Positions 17,773 to 25,381 of a stretch of DNA of 32,000 nucleotides are shown here, piece by piece (position 1 is the stretch's first letter; each line of letters opens with the position of its first letter). This stretch comes from Nanopusillaceae archaeon (lineage in GTDB: Archaea > Nanobdellota > Nanobdellia > Nanobdellales > Nanobdellaceae). Below the pieces are notes generated by a model that saw only the letters and a list, made by a program, of their open reading frames with translations, did not search any database and had not been told where the DNA came from. The DNA is taken from the NCBI GenBank assembly GCA_049974095.1, contig JBMFJD010000008.1, positions 18,577 to 50,576 on the forward strand, written 5' to 3'. The translations under genes and the position numbers were made by a program.

Positions 17773-18413
17773 TCTATATTTATATATTGTTTTAACTCAA
17801 ATAAATTTAATATTTTTGGAATATTTAATTCTGGATAATTCCATGCTAATTTTAATGGATATGGAGGATAATATATTTTTTTGAATAATTTTATTTTTAA
17901 TTTCTTCTCAATTATTTTATATAAATTTGTATTTTTATCATCAATATATCCTTCTAATTTTCCAAGATCATTTAAATATTCTAAAGCATCATTAATTGTT
18001 TTGAGTTCTTCATCTCCATAAATTAATATTTCATTAAAATATTTATCTAATCCTGTTTTCTTTATTCTTTTTAATTTTATTTCTTTTGTATCATCTACAG
18101 AGGTAACTAAATATAAATCTATTTTATCTTTATATTTTTCTAAAAATTCAATTGTTCCAGGTAATATTATTTGATTTTCTGTTCTTATTTTCCAATATAA
18201 ATTAATTATATAATCTGGGTTATCTCTTATTATAAATCTTATCCATTTTCCTCTATCAAAAATTCCAAAATAATCTCCTAATTCTTCTACCATTAGCATA
18301 GCATCTACAAAGCCTTCATTTAAATTTAGATCTTCCCTTATTCTTTCATATATTGAAGGAACAATTGTATAACTATCTACAAGAGTTCCATCGTAGTCTA
18401 ATGCTAAAATCAT
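17769..18413 (-). CDS. HAD-superfamily hydrolase
   Basis: N-terminal motif I LALDYDGTLVDS (DxDxT), motif II-like LYLVTS, and C-terminal GYIDD. The stop overlaps the ABC ATPase start by 4 nt. Confidence 0.7.
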   Translation of the reverse strand: MILALDYDGTLVDSYTIVPSIYERIREDLNLNEGFVDAMLMVEELGDYFGIFDRGKWIRFIIRDNPDYIINLYWKIRTENQIILPGTIEFLEKYKDKIDLYLVTSVDDTKEIKLKRIKKTGLDKYFNEILIYGDEELKTINDALEYLNDLGKLEGYIDDKNTNLYKIIEKKLKIKLFKKIYYPPYPLKLAWNYPELNIPKILNLFELKQYINIE

Positions 18414-18466
18414 ATCTATTCATCTTATTTTGAAGATTTATAAAGAAATCTGGAAATTGTTATTAA

Positions 18467-19258
18467 ATGGTGGATACAGATAATAATATATATAATATAA
18501 GAAGCTACAATAATTTGGATGAAATATTAAAGGAAAAGGAAAGCAAAGAGCTAGATCCTAAGGAAAATATATCTTTAGAAATTTATGGAATTAGCTTATT
18601 ATTGTTGGAAACAGATAAAAATTTAAATGTTAAGAAAATTTCTTTAGAGTTACCTATTGAGACTTCTTCTTATGTAGATCTTCCGTTTCTAACTTATATC
18701 AATAATTATAACAACTTAAAGGAAGCTTTTTCTTCAAAAGAAGAAAAAAGGATAGTAATAAAACCTAAAATAATAGAAAGATCTCAATATGGTTTACTAT
18801 TTTATGATCTAACTAGTAGAAGGGCATTAGGTGTGAAAGATTTCTTTATCTATCAAAATAAAAAGCTATTTTCTATATATGGTGAGGTAATGATAGTAGA
18901 TACATATGGAGAAAATAGATTAGAAAGTAGAACAATAAGGAATGGAGAAAACCTGGATGAAAAGGTTGGAAGTTATTTATTAAATTATTGTATAAAAATG
19001 GATTCATCTGAACAAAATGATAATATTTCTATAAATAACTTTGAGGAAGGAATAGGAGAAAAAACATTTATTGCTACAATTAATAGAATTATTCCATGTT
19101 TAGAAACAGAAGATAGATATTTATTCTTAATAGGATCGTATGATGTTCCAAATGTTGGAGGTAGAGGAATAATTATTATGGAGAATTTTTACGATTTTGT
19201 TCTAGGATTGCCACAAGAAATAGCAAAAAAGTATCATGTTTCTAGATGGTTGAAATAG
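18467..19258 (+). CDS. Hypothetical protein, translationally coupled to rtcA
   Basis: 263-aa ORF with ordinary coding composition. It overlaps the rtcA start by 13 nt. No motif recognised. Confidence 0.5.
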   Translation: MVDTDNNIYNIRSYNNLDEILKEKESKELDPKENISLEIYGISLLLLETDKNLNVKKISLELPIETSSYVDLPFLTYINNYNNLKEAFSSKEEKRIVIKPKIIERSQYGLLFYDLTSRRALGVKDFFIYQNKKLFSIYGEVMIVDTYGENRLESRTIRNGENLDEKVGSYLLNYCIKMDSSEQNDNISINNFEEGIGEKTFIATINRIIPCLETEDRYLFLIGSYDVPNVGGRGIIIMENFYDFVLGLPQEIAKKYHVSRWLK

Positions 19259-20316
19259 ATGGATCATATGGAGAAGGAGGAGGGCAAATTCTAAGAACAT
19301 CTTTATTTTTATCAATAATTTTTAATCAAGAGATTTATATAAAAAATATTAGAAAAAATAGAAATCCTCCAGGATTAAAAAATCAACATTTACATACAAT
19401 ATTATTATTAAAGAAAATAATAAATGCTGAAACAAACGAAATAAAAATTGGATCTGAAGAATTATATTTTAAGCCTGGAAAAATAAATCCTGGAATATAT
19501 AAAGAAAATATTGGAACAGCAGGTTCTATTACATTATTATTACAAGGTATTTTATTACCATTATTATTCTCAAAAGATAAGATAAAAATAAAAATTATTG
19601 GAGGAACTGATGTAAAGAATTCTCCGTCTATAGATTATTTTAGATATGTTCTATTACCATATTATAATATTTTTGGGAAAACAAAATTAGAAGTAGTTAG
19701 AAGGGGATTCTATCCAAAAGGAAATGGAGAAATAAAATTAGAAATATACCCAAAATATCATTTAGAAGATTATAAAGATATAAATTCTTTTTTGAAAGAT
19801 ATAGGAAATATAAAAGAAATAGATATTTCCGAAGAATACCCTGAAGAAATATATATTTATTCAGTTGCTTCGAAAGATTTAAAGGAAAGAAATGTTGCTG
19901 AAAGGATGATAAATTCTGCAATAAAATTGTTTTATAAATATCCAGAAATTAAAATAAAAAAGAATATTGAATATGTAGAATCTTTATCTACAGGTGCAGT
20001 AATTACAATTGTTGGTAAAAAAGGAGAATATTATTTTGGATCTGATTCTCTTGGGGAAAAGGGAAAATCATCAGAAATTGTTGGAAAAGAAGCAGAAGAA
20101 AAATTTATAAAGGTATTAGAAAATAATGTATCTGTTGATTTAAATTTAGCAGACAATTTAGTTCCATTTTTATTATTATTAAATGGAAAATATTCAACAT
20201 ACGAATTTACAGATCATTTAAAAACAAATATCTATATTTCAAATTTATTTTTAAATAGAATAGGATATAGAATTGATAGAAAAATATATATTTATTCAGA
20301 AAATTTCGCCATCTAA
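19246..20316 (+). CDS. rtcA: RNA 3'-terminal phosphate cyclase RtcA
   Basis: N-terminal signature DGSYGEGGGQILRTSLFLS, GTAGSITLLLQ, and the C-terminal region DHL.TNIY containing the adenylylated-His block. 356 aa, as expected. Confidence 0.9.
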   Translation: MVEIDGSYGEGGGQILRTSLFLSIIFNQEIYIKNIRKNRNPPGLKNQHLHTILLLKKIINAETNEIKIGSEELYFKPGKINPGIYKENIGTAGSITLLLQGILLPLLFSKDKIKIKIIGGTDVKNSPSIDYFRYVLLPYYNIFGKTKLEVVRRGFYPKGNGEIKLEIYPKYHLEDYKDINSFLKDIGNIKEIDISEEYPEEIYIYSVASKDLKERNVAERMINSAIKLFYKYPEIKIKKNIEYVESLSTGAVITIVGKKGEYYFGSDSLGEKGKSSEIVGKEAEEKFIKVLENNVSVDLNLADNLVPFLLLLNGKYSTYEFTDHLKTNIYISNLFLNRIGYRIDRKIYIYSENFAI

Positions 20317-20598
20317 TAGCATTTTATATTTTAATAAATCTTGAGTTATATCCATAATACTATTATTTAATAATTTTTGTGTTTCAAATGTCTTTATTAA
20401 AATTTTGTATTCATCTTCTTTTAATAATGGTTTATCTAGTTCTTTTATATTAAAATCTTCTAGTTCTTCTAGTAATGCTTCCATTTCATTAATAGCATTC
20501 TTTAATCTTTCAAAATCTTTTTTTATATATTCTATTATTTTTATTTCCTCCACATTTAATTTTTTATCATGTTCATATGCATTCTTTAAGGGATCCAT
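20296..20598 (-). CDS. Hypothetical coiled-coil protein
   Basis: 100 aa with heptad-like K/E/L-rich sequence. Its 3' end overlaps rtcA by 21 nt (convergent). No family recognised. Confidence 0.45.
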   Translation of the reverse strand: MDPLKNAYEHDKKLNVEEIKIIEYIKKDFERLKNAINEMEALLEELEDFNIKELDKPLLKEDEYKILIKTFETQKLLNNSIMDITQDLLKYKMLLDGEIF

Positions 20599-20621
20599 AA
20601 AAAAGATAGAAACTTTATAAT

Positions 20622-20930
20622 TTATAAAGTTACTTCTATCTTTTCATTATATTCTTTTCCAATATTCCATACCTTTATTTCTTTTGTATATGTACTTTTT
20701 GGCTCTTTTGTATTATCATCAACTACAAGAACAATTGTACCTGTTATTAACTTGTTTGTTCCAATTGTTTCTTCAATTTTAAATCCTAATCTTTGCATTA
20801 ATCTGGTAAATTCTTTTTTATATTTTTCAATTATTTCTCTTTCTTTTGCAGCAACTGCTCCATATATATATGTTATAAAACTCCTTCCTGTTGGATTTAC
20901 AGGTCTTAATAGTTCTACTTCTATCTCCAT
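20622..20930 (-). CDS. Hypothetical protein
   Basis: 102-aa ORF lying 23 nt upstream of, and co-directional with, the coiled-coil ORF. Mixed alpha/beta-looking sequence. No family recognised. Confidence 0.5.
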   Translation of the reverse strand: MEIEVELLRPVNPTGRSFITYIYGAVAAKEREIIEKYKKEFTRLMQRLGFKIEETIGTNKLITGTIVLVVDDNTKEPKSTYTKEIKVWNIGKEYNEKIEVTL

Positions 20931-20979
20931 TATTTTTAATTATAATAAATATATAAAAGCTTTTATATATTTATTTTTT

Positions 20980-21651
20980 ATGAATATTTTTGTAACGTCA
21001 GATCTTCATTTACCTGCATATTTAAAAGATTTCTATAATAGTTTAAAAGAAATTAATGAAAAAATAGATATAATAATATTATGTGGAGATATAATAGATA
21101 ATAAAGAGCATATTTATTTAAAGAAACTATATTTTATGATAAAAGAAAAATTTGGAGATATTAAAATATTTGCAACGTTTGGTAATAATGAAGCATCTTT
21201 TTTTCCTGAAGGAGAAAAAAATAAAGAATTCTATAAAAAGGAATATCCATTTATTATTTGGCTAGATTATGAATATTATGATACAGGAAACTACTATTTA
21301 TTAGGATTTGAAGGATTTACTGATAGAACATGGAAAATTGCGAATATAGAAAATTTGAAAAAAATATACATAAATAGATTGGAAGAAATAATTAAAAAAT
21401 TAGATAAGAAAATAATATTATTTTCTCATTATGGATTAACAAAAGAAACAGTCTTTGGCGATCCAGCTCCTTTGTGGTCTTTATATTCAAAAGATCTAGA
21501 AGATTTATTAAGAAAGTATTCAGATAAAATATTAATTGCTTTTCATGGTCATTCTCATCATTCATTGAATTATAAAACAAAAATAAATAATACTGAAATA
21601 TATAATGTTGCATTTTCAATACATAAAAAACCTTTATTATTTAAAATATGA
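20980..21651 (+). CDS. Calcineurin-like metallophosphoesterase
   Basis: Motifs VTSDLH, CGDIID, FGNNE, FSHYG and FHGHSH appear in the canonical order. I start the gene at the internal ATG (MNIFVTSDLH). The 76 upstream codons of the track ORF are antisense to 20622..20930 and look non-coding. Confidence 0.8.
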   Translation: MNIFVTSDLHLPAYLKDFYNSLKEINEKIDIIILCGDIIDNKEHIYLKKLYFMIKEKFGDIKIFATFGNNEASFFPEGEKNKEFYKKEYPFIIWLDYEYYDTGNYYLLGFEGFTDRTWKIANIENLKKIYINRLEEIIKKLDKKIILFSHYGLTKETVFGDPAPLWSLYSKDLEDLLRKYSDKILIAFHGHSHHSLNYKTKINNTEIYNVAFSIHKKPLLFKI

Positions 21652-21724
21652 TTCTCTAATACGAGAAAATAATATAGATTATAAAATATTGAGAATAATA
21701 TATCTTAATTGTTCATAATTTTTA

Positions 21725-21827
21725 TGCCGCCGCGGGGATTCGAACCCCGGACCTCCTGGTTTCTCACAAAACTCATCGATATCTTTTGGTTATGAGCCAG
21801 GCGCTCTAACCCCTGAGCTACGGCGGC
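21725..21827 (-). tRNA. tRNA-Met (anticodon CAU, elongator type; a CAU tRNA-Ile2 cannot be excluded) with a 30-nt intron. No encoded CCA.
   Basis: The reverse complement folds as GCCGCCG-TA-GCTC-AGGGGTTA-GAGC-G-CCTGG-CTCATA[intron]A-CCAGG-AGGTC-CGGGG-TTCGAAT-CCCCG-CGGCGGC-A. The G1:C72 pair and a non-GGG/CCC anticodon stem argue against an initiator. Confidence 0.9.
21761..21790 (-). other. tRNA-Met intron (30 nt, position 37/38)
   Basis: Intron ACCAAAAGATATCGATGAGTTTTGTGAGAA. The central helix CTCA (anticodon loop) pairs with TGAG (intron nt 25-28). The 3' bulge is AA|A. The inner stem CAAAA/TTTTG leaves one extra C, so the 5' bulge is relaxed. Confidence 0.8.
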
Positions 21828-21850
21828 ATATAGATTTCTAATTCTTAACT

Positions 21851-21859
21851 CTTATAAAA
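21851..21859. promoter_or_regulatory. Shared, quasi-symmetric TATA element (CTTATAAAA / TTTTATAAG) midway between divergent tRNA-Met and rps11
   Basis: The centre lies ~26 nt upstream of the rps11 ATG (21881) and ~28 nt upstream of tRNA-Met +1 (21827). A-rich BRE-like tracts flank both sides. Confidence 0.35.
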
Positions 21860-21880
21860 TTATTTTTTATTTTTCTTTTT

Positions 21881-22276
21881 ATGGCAGAAAAAGAAAGATG
21901 GGGTATTGCATGGATATATTCAAATAAAAATAATACAATTGTTCATATTACTGATATTACTGGTTCAGAAACAGTTGCTGTAGGATCTGGTGGAATGGTT
22001 GTATTAGCTCAAAGATTGGAAGGAACACCAACAGCAGCAATTTTAGCTGCAAAACTTGTAGCACAAAAGGCATTGGAAAGGGGAATTACAGCTGTTCATG
22101 TTAGAGTAAGAGCACCAGGTGGACATAATGGTCCATGGGTTCCAACTCCATCTGCACAATTTGCAATTAAGACATTAATAACATCAGGATTAAAAGTAGG
22201 TGTTGTAGAAGATGTAACACCAATTCCACACGATCATTGTAGAAGAAAGGGAGGAAAGAGAGGAAGAAGATTATAA
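21881..22276 (+). CDS. rps11: 30S ribosomal protein S11 (uS11)
   Basis: GIAWIYSNKNNTIVHITDITGSET, the RLEGTPTAA block, ITAVHVRVRAPGG, and the basic C-terminus RRKGGKRGRRL. Confidence 0.93.
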   Translation: MAEKERWGIAWIYSNKNNTIVHITDITGSETVAVGSGGMVVLAQRLEGTPTAAILAAKLVAQKALERGITAVHVRVRAPGGHNGPWVPTPSAQFAIKTLITSGLKVGVVEDVTPIPHDHCRRKGGKRGRRL

Positions 22277-22325
22277 TTTATTCAATATTTTCTTTATTAT
22301 TCTTTTAATTGCAAAAATATAGAAT

Positions 22326-23393
22326 TTAATTCTTCTCACTTAATTTTTCCTCCAGAAATTTTATTAGATTATTTATATCTTTTTCATATATCAATCCTCC
22401 AGCAGCCTTTGGATGTCCTCCACCATTTATTCCATATTTTTCTGCAAATTCTTTCATAATTAATCCTAGATCTATTTTTCCATTTTGATATCTCAAAGAA
22501 ACGCCATATCTTCTTTTCTTTCCTTTAAATATTTTTCCAAAAAATCCTTCTTTTAATGATAATACTACTATTAATTTATCTAAATAGAATGCTGATAAAA
22601 ATGTAGATAAGGTACCTGAAGATTTTGCTTTTAATACTAATAATTTATTGGATTCATATATTTTTTCGGAATCTATTAAATAATTATAATATTTCATAGC
22701 AACTTTGCTCAATTTTTTTAAATTAAATCCTTTTATAAATTCCTCAATGTTTAATGCTTTATCAATATTTTCAGATATTTCATATGGATGAGCAATTAAG
22801 AAAAGATAAAAATAAATTATATATGGAATAGTAAAATATTTTCCATTATAAAAGCTTCCATAATTATTTATTAAATCATCTAGTAGTTCTTTATCATTTT
22901 CTAACATAAAATCTCCAATTGCTCCAATTGATGCTAACAAAGAATATTTTGAAAAATCATTAAATAATATTTTTCCGATCCTATATACAATACTAGTAGT
23001 ACATATTTCTAATTTAAATAATGCTCTTACATCAAAGTATATTAAATTTTTTGGTAAATTTTGTGGTACAGACCTTTTATGATGATCTATATAAATTATC
23101 TTTTTATCTTTGTATCTTTTCGCAAAATTAATTAAATTTTTATCTTCCATTGGTGTATCAAGAAATATAATTGTATTTATATTATTGTTTAATATAATTC
23201 CATCTAAAATTCTTATTAAATCCCTATTATTTTCTCCCTTTAATCTAAAATATTCATTATATTTTTTATTTAATTTTTCTAAAATTAATTTCATTAAACT
23301 TAATGACATTTTTCCATCTAAATCAGAATCTGCTACAATTAATATATCCTCTTTTGCATTTTTTATATTTTCTCCAACAAAGGAAAAATCCAT
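22326..23393 (-). CDS. DHH/DHHA1-family phosphoesterase (small RecJ-like or nanoRNase-like)
   Basis: Motif I/II ADSDLDGKMS, motif II' IFLDTP, motif III IYIDHH, and DHHA1 motif GGGHPKAAGG. Confidence 0.8.
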   Translation of the reverse strand: MDFSFVGENIKNAKEDILIVADSDLDGKMSLSLMKLILEKLNKKYNEYFRLKGENNRDLIRILDGIILNNNINTIIFLDTPMEDKNLINFAKRYKDKKIIYIDHHKRSVPQNLPKNLIYFDVRALFKLEICTTSIVYRIGKILFNDFSKYSLLASIGAIGDFMLENDKELLDDLINNYGSFYNGKYFTIPYIIYFYLFLIAHPYEISENIDKALNIEEFIKGFNLKKLSKVAMKYYNYLIDSEKIYESNKLLVLKAKSSGTLSTFLSAFYLDKLIVVLSLKEGFFGKIFKGKKRRYGVSLRYQNGKIDLGLIMKEFAEKYGINGGGHPKAAGGLIYEKDINNLIKFLEEKLSEKN

Positions 23394-23432
23394 GTAATGT
23401 AAAAATATATGTATATATTTAAAAAATATATA

Positions 23433-23505
23433 GCCCCGGTAGCTCAGTTGGTAGAGCGGTGGACTCGTAATCCACAGGTCCCGGGTTCAAGTCCCGGCCG
23501 GGGCT
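23433..23505 (+). tRNA. tRNA-Thr (anticodon CGU), 73 nt, intronless, no encoded CCA
   Basis: Folds as GCCCCGG-TA-GCTC-AGTTGGTA-GAGC-G-GTGGA-CTCGTAA-TCCAC-AGGTC-CCGGG-TTCAAGT-CCCGG-CCGGGGC-T. Discriminator U is typical of Thr. Confidence 0.95.
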
Positions 23506-24139
23506 ATCTTCTATAATATAAATTATTGGGGTAGTTAGAGCTATAATAATTATTATAACCAGAATAGTTATAATTTTGGGAATATTGCAAATTTTCTTCT
23601 GCAAAATTATCTATATTTTCATATTGTTTCTTCTCTTCTTCCTCAGAAATTTCTGGTATATACCTATCTAATAGGTAAACTATTAAATAAAGAAATGGAA
23701 AGAAAACAAATAATGATAATATATTTATATAGTTAAATTCTACAATATCATAAATAAATGGAGTTAACATTATTTGGAAATATGCAAAAAATTCAGTTTT
23801 TCCGATTATTTTTGCAATTCTCCATCTTTTAAATGCAGAAAATAATGTAAATAATGATATAAATAAGAAAAATAAAGTAATAAATAATTTATCTATGCTA
23901 TATATTTGATTATGTTCATATAATTCTCTTAACCAATCTATAGAAACCCAGGAAAATATAATACTATTTGCTACTGCATGACTAAAATGTATACCTTTTC
24001 TTTCTACAAAAAACTCCATAGAAAACCATGCAATATATACAGGATAAGTAATCCAAACTATCTTTAAATTAATTAATGTATTAATAAATATATTTAACCA
24101 TGCGGATGCTAATAAAAAAATAGTACTTATTATATCCAT
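23504..24139 (-). CDS. Hypothetical polytopic membrane protein with an Asn/Tyr-rich C-terminal tail
   Basis: 211 aa with about 5-6 hydrophobic helices. The tail is EEEEKKQYENIDNFAEENLQYSQNYNYSGYNNYYSSNYPNNLYYRR. The stop abuts or overlaps the tRNA-Thr 3' end by 2 nt. Confidence 0.55.
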   Translation of the reverse strand: MDIISTIFLLASAWLNIFINTLINLKIVWITYPVYIAWFSMEFFVERKGIHFSHAVANSIIFSWVSIDWLRELYEHNQIYSIDKLFITLFFLFISLFTLFSAFKRWRIAKIIGKTEFFAYFQIMLTPFIYDIVEFNYINILSLFVFFPFLYLIVYLLDRYIPEISEEEEKKQYENIDNFAEENLQYSQNYNYSGYNNYYSSNYPNNLYYRR

Positions 24140-24203
24140 AATTATTTGAAATCCTTTGAAATATAAAAATAATTTTTAAATAAATCTTTAAATTTAATAT
24201 ACT

Positions 24204-24818
24204 ATGGGTTTTGGATTAATATTATCTGTAATAATATTGATATTTGATATATTAATTTCAGTTTGGAATGCATATAATGCTGGAAAGTCATTAGAAATAA
24301 TGAAAATTGAAAATATAAATGAAGATTGGCCAAGAATGGTTGCATATTCAGCATTAGTATTATCATTTGCTGGTGCTACATATGGAAATCTTGGAATATT
24401 ATCATTGATTGCATATTACTTAGGTTATATTAATTATTATACATTAGCTAGTTTATTATCATTCTCTTTCTTAGTATTTGGATTTTTAATAATATTATTT
24501 GGATTAGTTATAACTGTAAATAGTATAATTGTTGCATATAAAACAAAAGGTTTTTGGAATATAGCAATTGCAATATATAATAGTATTGCAACAATATGGG
24601 ATATATATACCTATATTCAAGGATTTTCATATGCATTAAATACAGTTAAAGGATTCTTTTCTTCAGAAGATAGAAATTCTCAAGGAATATTTATAGTATT
24701 AATAATAGTTGCAGCACTAATTGCAATATTTTTAGTATATGGAGCATATAAGCACGGTAGAGCATCTGCATATAAAATAAAAACACATATATCATTACCC
24801 TCTCCAGTTGAAAGTTAA
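24204..24818 (+). CDS. Hypothetical polytopic membrane protein
   Basis: 204 aa with about five hydrophobic helices. Divergent from 23504..24139. The stop overlaps the next ATG (TAATG). Confidence 0.55.
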   Translation: MGFGLILSVIILIFDILISVWNAYNAGKSLEIMKIENINEDWPRMVAYSALVLSFAGATYGNLGILSLIAYYLGYINYYTLASLLSFSFLVFGFLIILFGLVITVNSIIVAYKTKGFWNIAIAIYNSIATIWDIYTYIQGFSYALNTVKGFFSSEDRNSQGIFIVLIIVAALIAIFLVYGAYKHGRASAYKIKTHISLPSPVES

Positions 24819-25381
24819 TGAAGCATTTACAATTTTTGGGAAAATATGTAGAAGATATAATAAGTGGGAAGAAAAGTATAACAATAAGATTAAGTAAGGC
24901 GAACTTAAGGATAGGAGATATATTTATTTTACATGCAGGAGGAAAGGTCATTGGAAAATTTAAAGTAAAAAATATTTATACAAAAAAATTATATCAAATA
25001 ACTGATGAAGAAGCACAAAGGGATGGGTATAAAAATAAGGAAGAGTTGCTTGAAGATCTAAAAAGAATATATAAAAATATAGATCTAAATAAGGAAGTTG
25101 CAATAATAGAATTTGAGCCTATAGAAATATTTAAAGAAAAAATTTCATCTGAAGAATTTGCATGGGGTAGTAAAAAAGTAGATATAATAGAATTGGCAAA
25201 ATTAATATTACAATATGATGATAAATTAACAGAAAAACATAGAAAATTATTAAACTTATTAATAGAAAAGAAAAGTATTAGAAAAGCCTCTTTAGTATTA
25301 GGAGGGTTAAATAAAAGAAATTTATTTAGGAAAATATTAAGGGAGGGATATAAAAGATTAAAAGAAAAAGGAATTATATAA
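24818..25381 (+). CDS. ASCH (PUA-like) domain protein with a basic helical C-terminal extension
   Basis: The N-terminal ~90 aa match the ASCH pattern (L.F...YVEDIISGKKSITIRL...GDIFILHAGGKVIGKFKV..IY..L..ITDEEAQRDGY). The C-terminal ~70 aa are K/R-rich helices, possibly HTH-like. Confidence 0.65.
   Translation: MKHLQFLGKYVEDIISGKKSITIRLSKANLRIGDIFILHAGGKVIGKFKVKNIYTKKLYQITDEEAQRDGYKNKEELLEDLKRIYKNIDLNKEVAIIEFEPIEIFKEKISSEEFAWGSKKVDIIELAKLILQYDDKLTEKHRKLLNLLIEKKSIRKASLVLGGLNKRNLFRKILREGYKRLKEKGII

Noticed and set aside
20752-20979. The N-terminal 76-codon extension of the metallophosphoesterase ORF given in the track.
   Set aside because: The extension is antisense to the 102-aa ORF at 20622-20930 and has shadow-frame composition. 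It would also put the first metal-binding motif (DLH) about 80 aa into the protein rather than at the N-terminus, where the family places it. The ATG at 20980 gives the canonical MNIFVTSDLH start.
21761-21790. The tRNA-Met intron as an embedded C/D box guide (GATGAG ... GTGAGA), by analogy with the guide RNA in the haloarchaeal tRNA-Trp intron.
   Set aside because: The boxes are imperfect (no RUGAUGA, and GUGA instead of CUGA). The 30-nt length leaves no room for a 10-12 nt guide between them, and the TGAG is already used in the BHB central helix.
21725-21827. Initiator identity for the CAU tRNA.
   Set aside because: Archaeal initiators have an A1:U72 pair and three consecutive G:C pairs closing the anticodon stem. 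This tRNA has G1:C72 and a CCUGG/CCAGG stem.
23419-23604. 61-aa ORF overlapping tRNA-Thr.
   Set aside because: Its GC-rich central part is simply the antisense translation of the tRNA-Thr gene, and the remainder overlaps the 211-aa membrane protein ORF.
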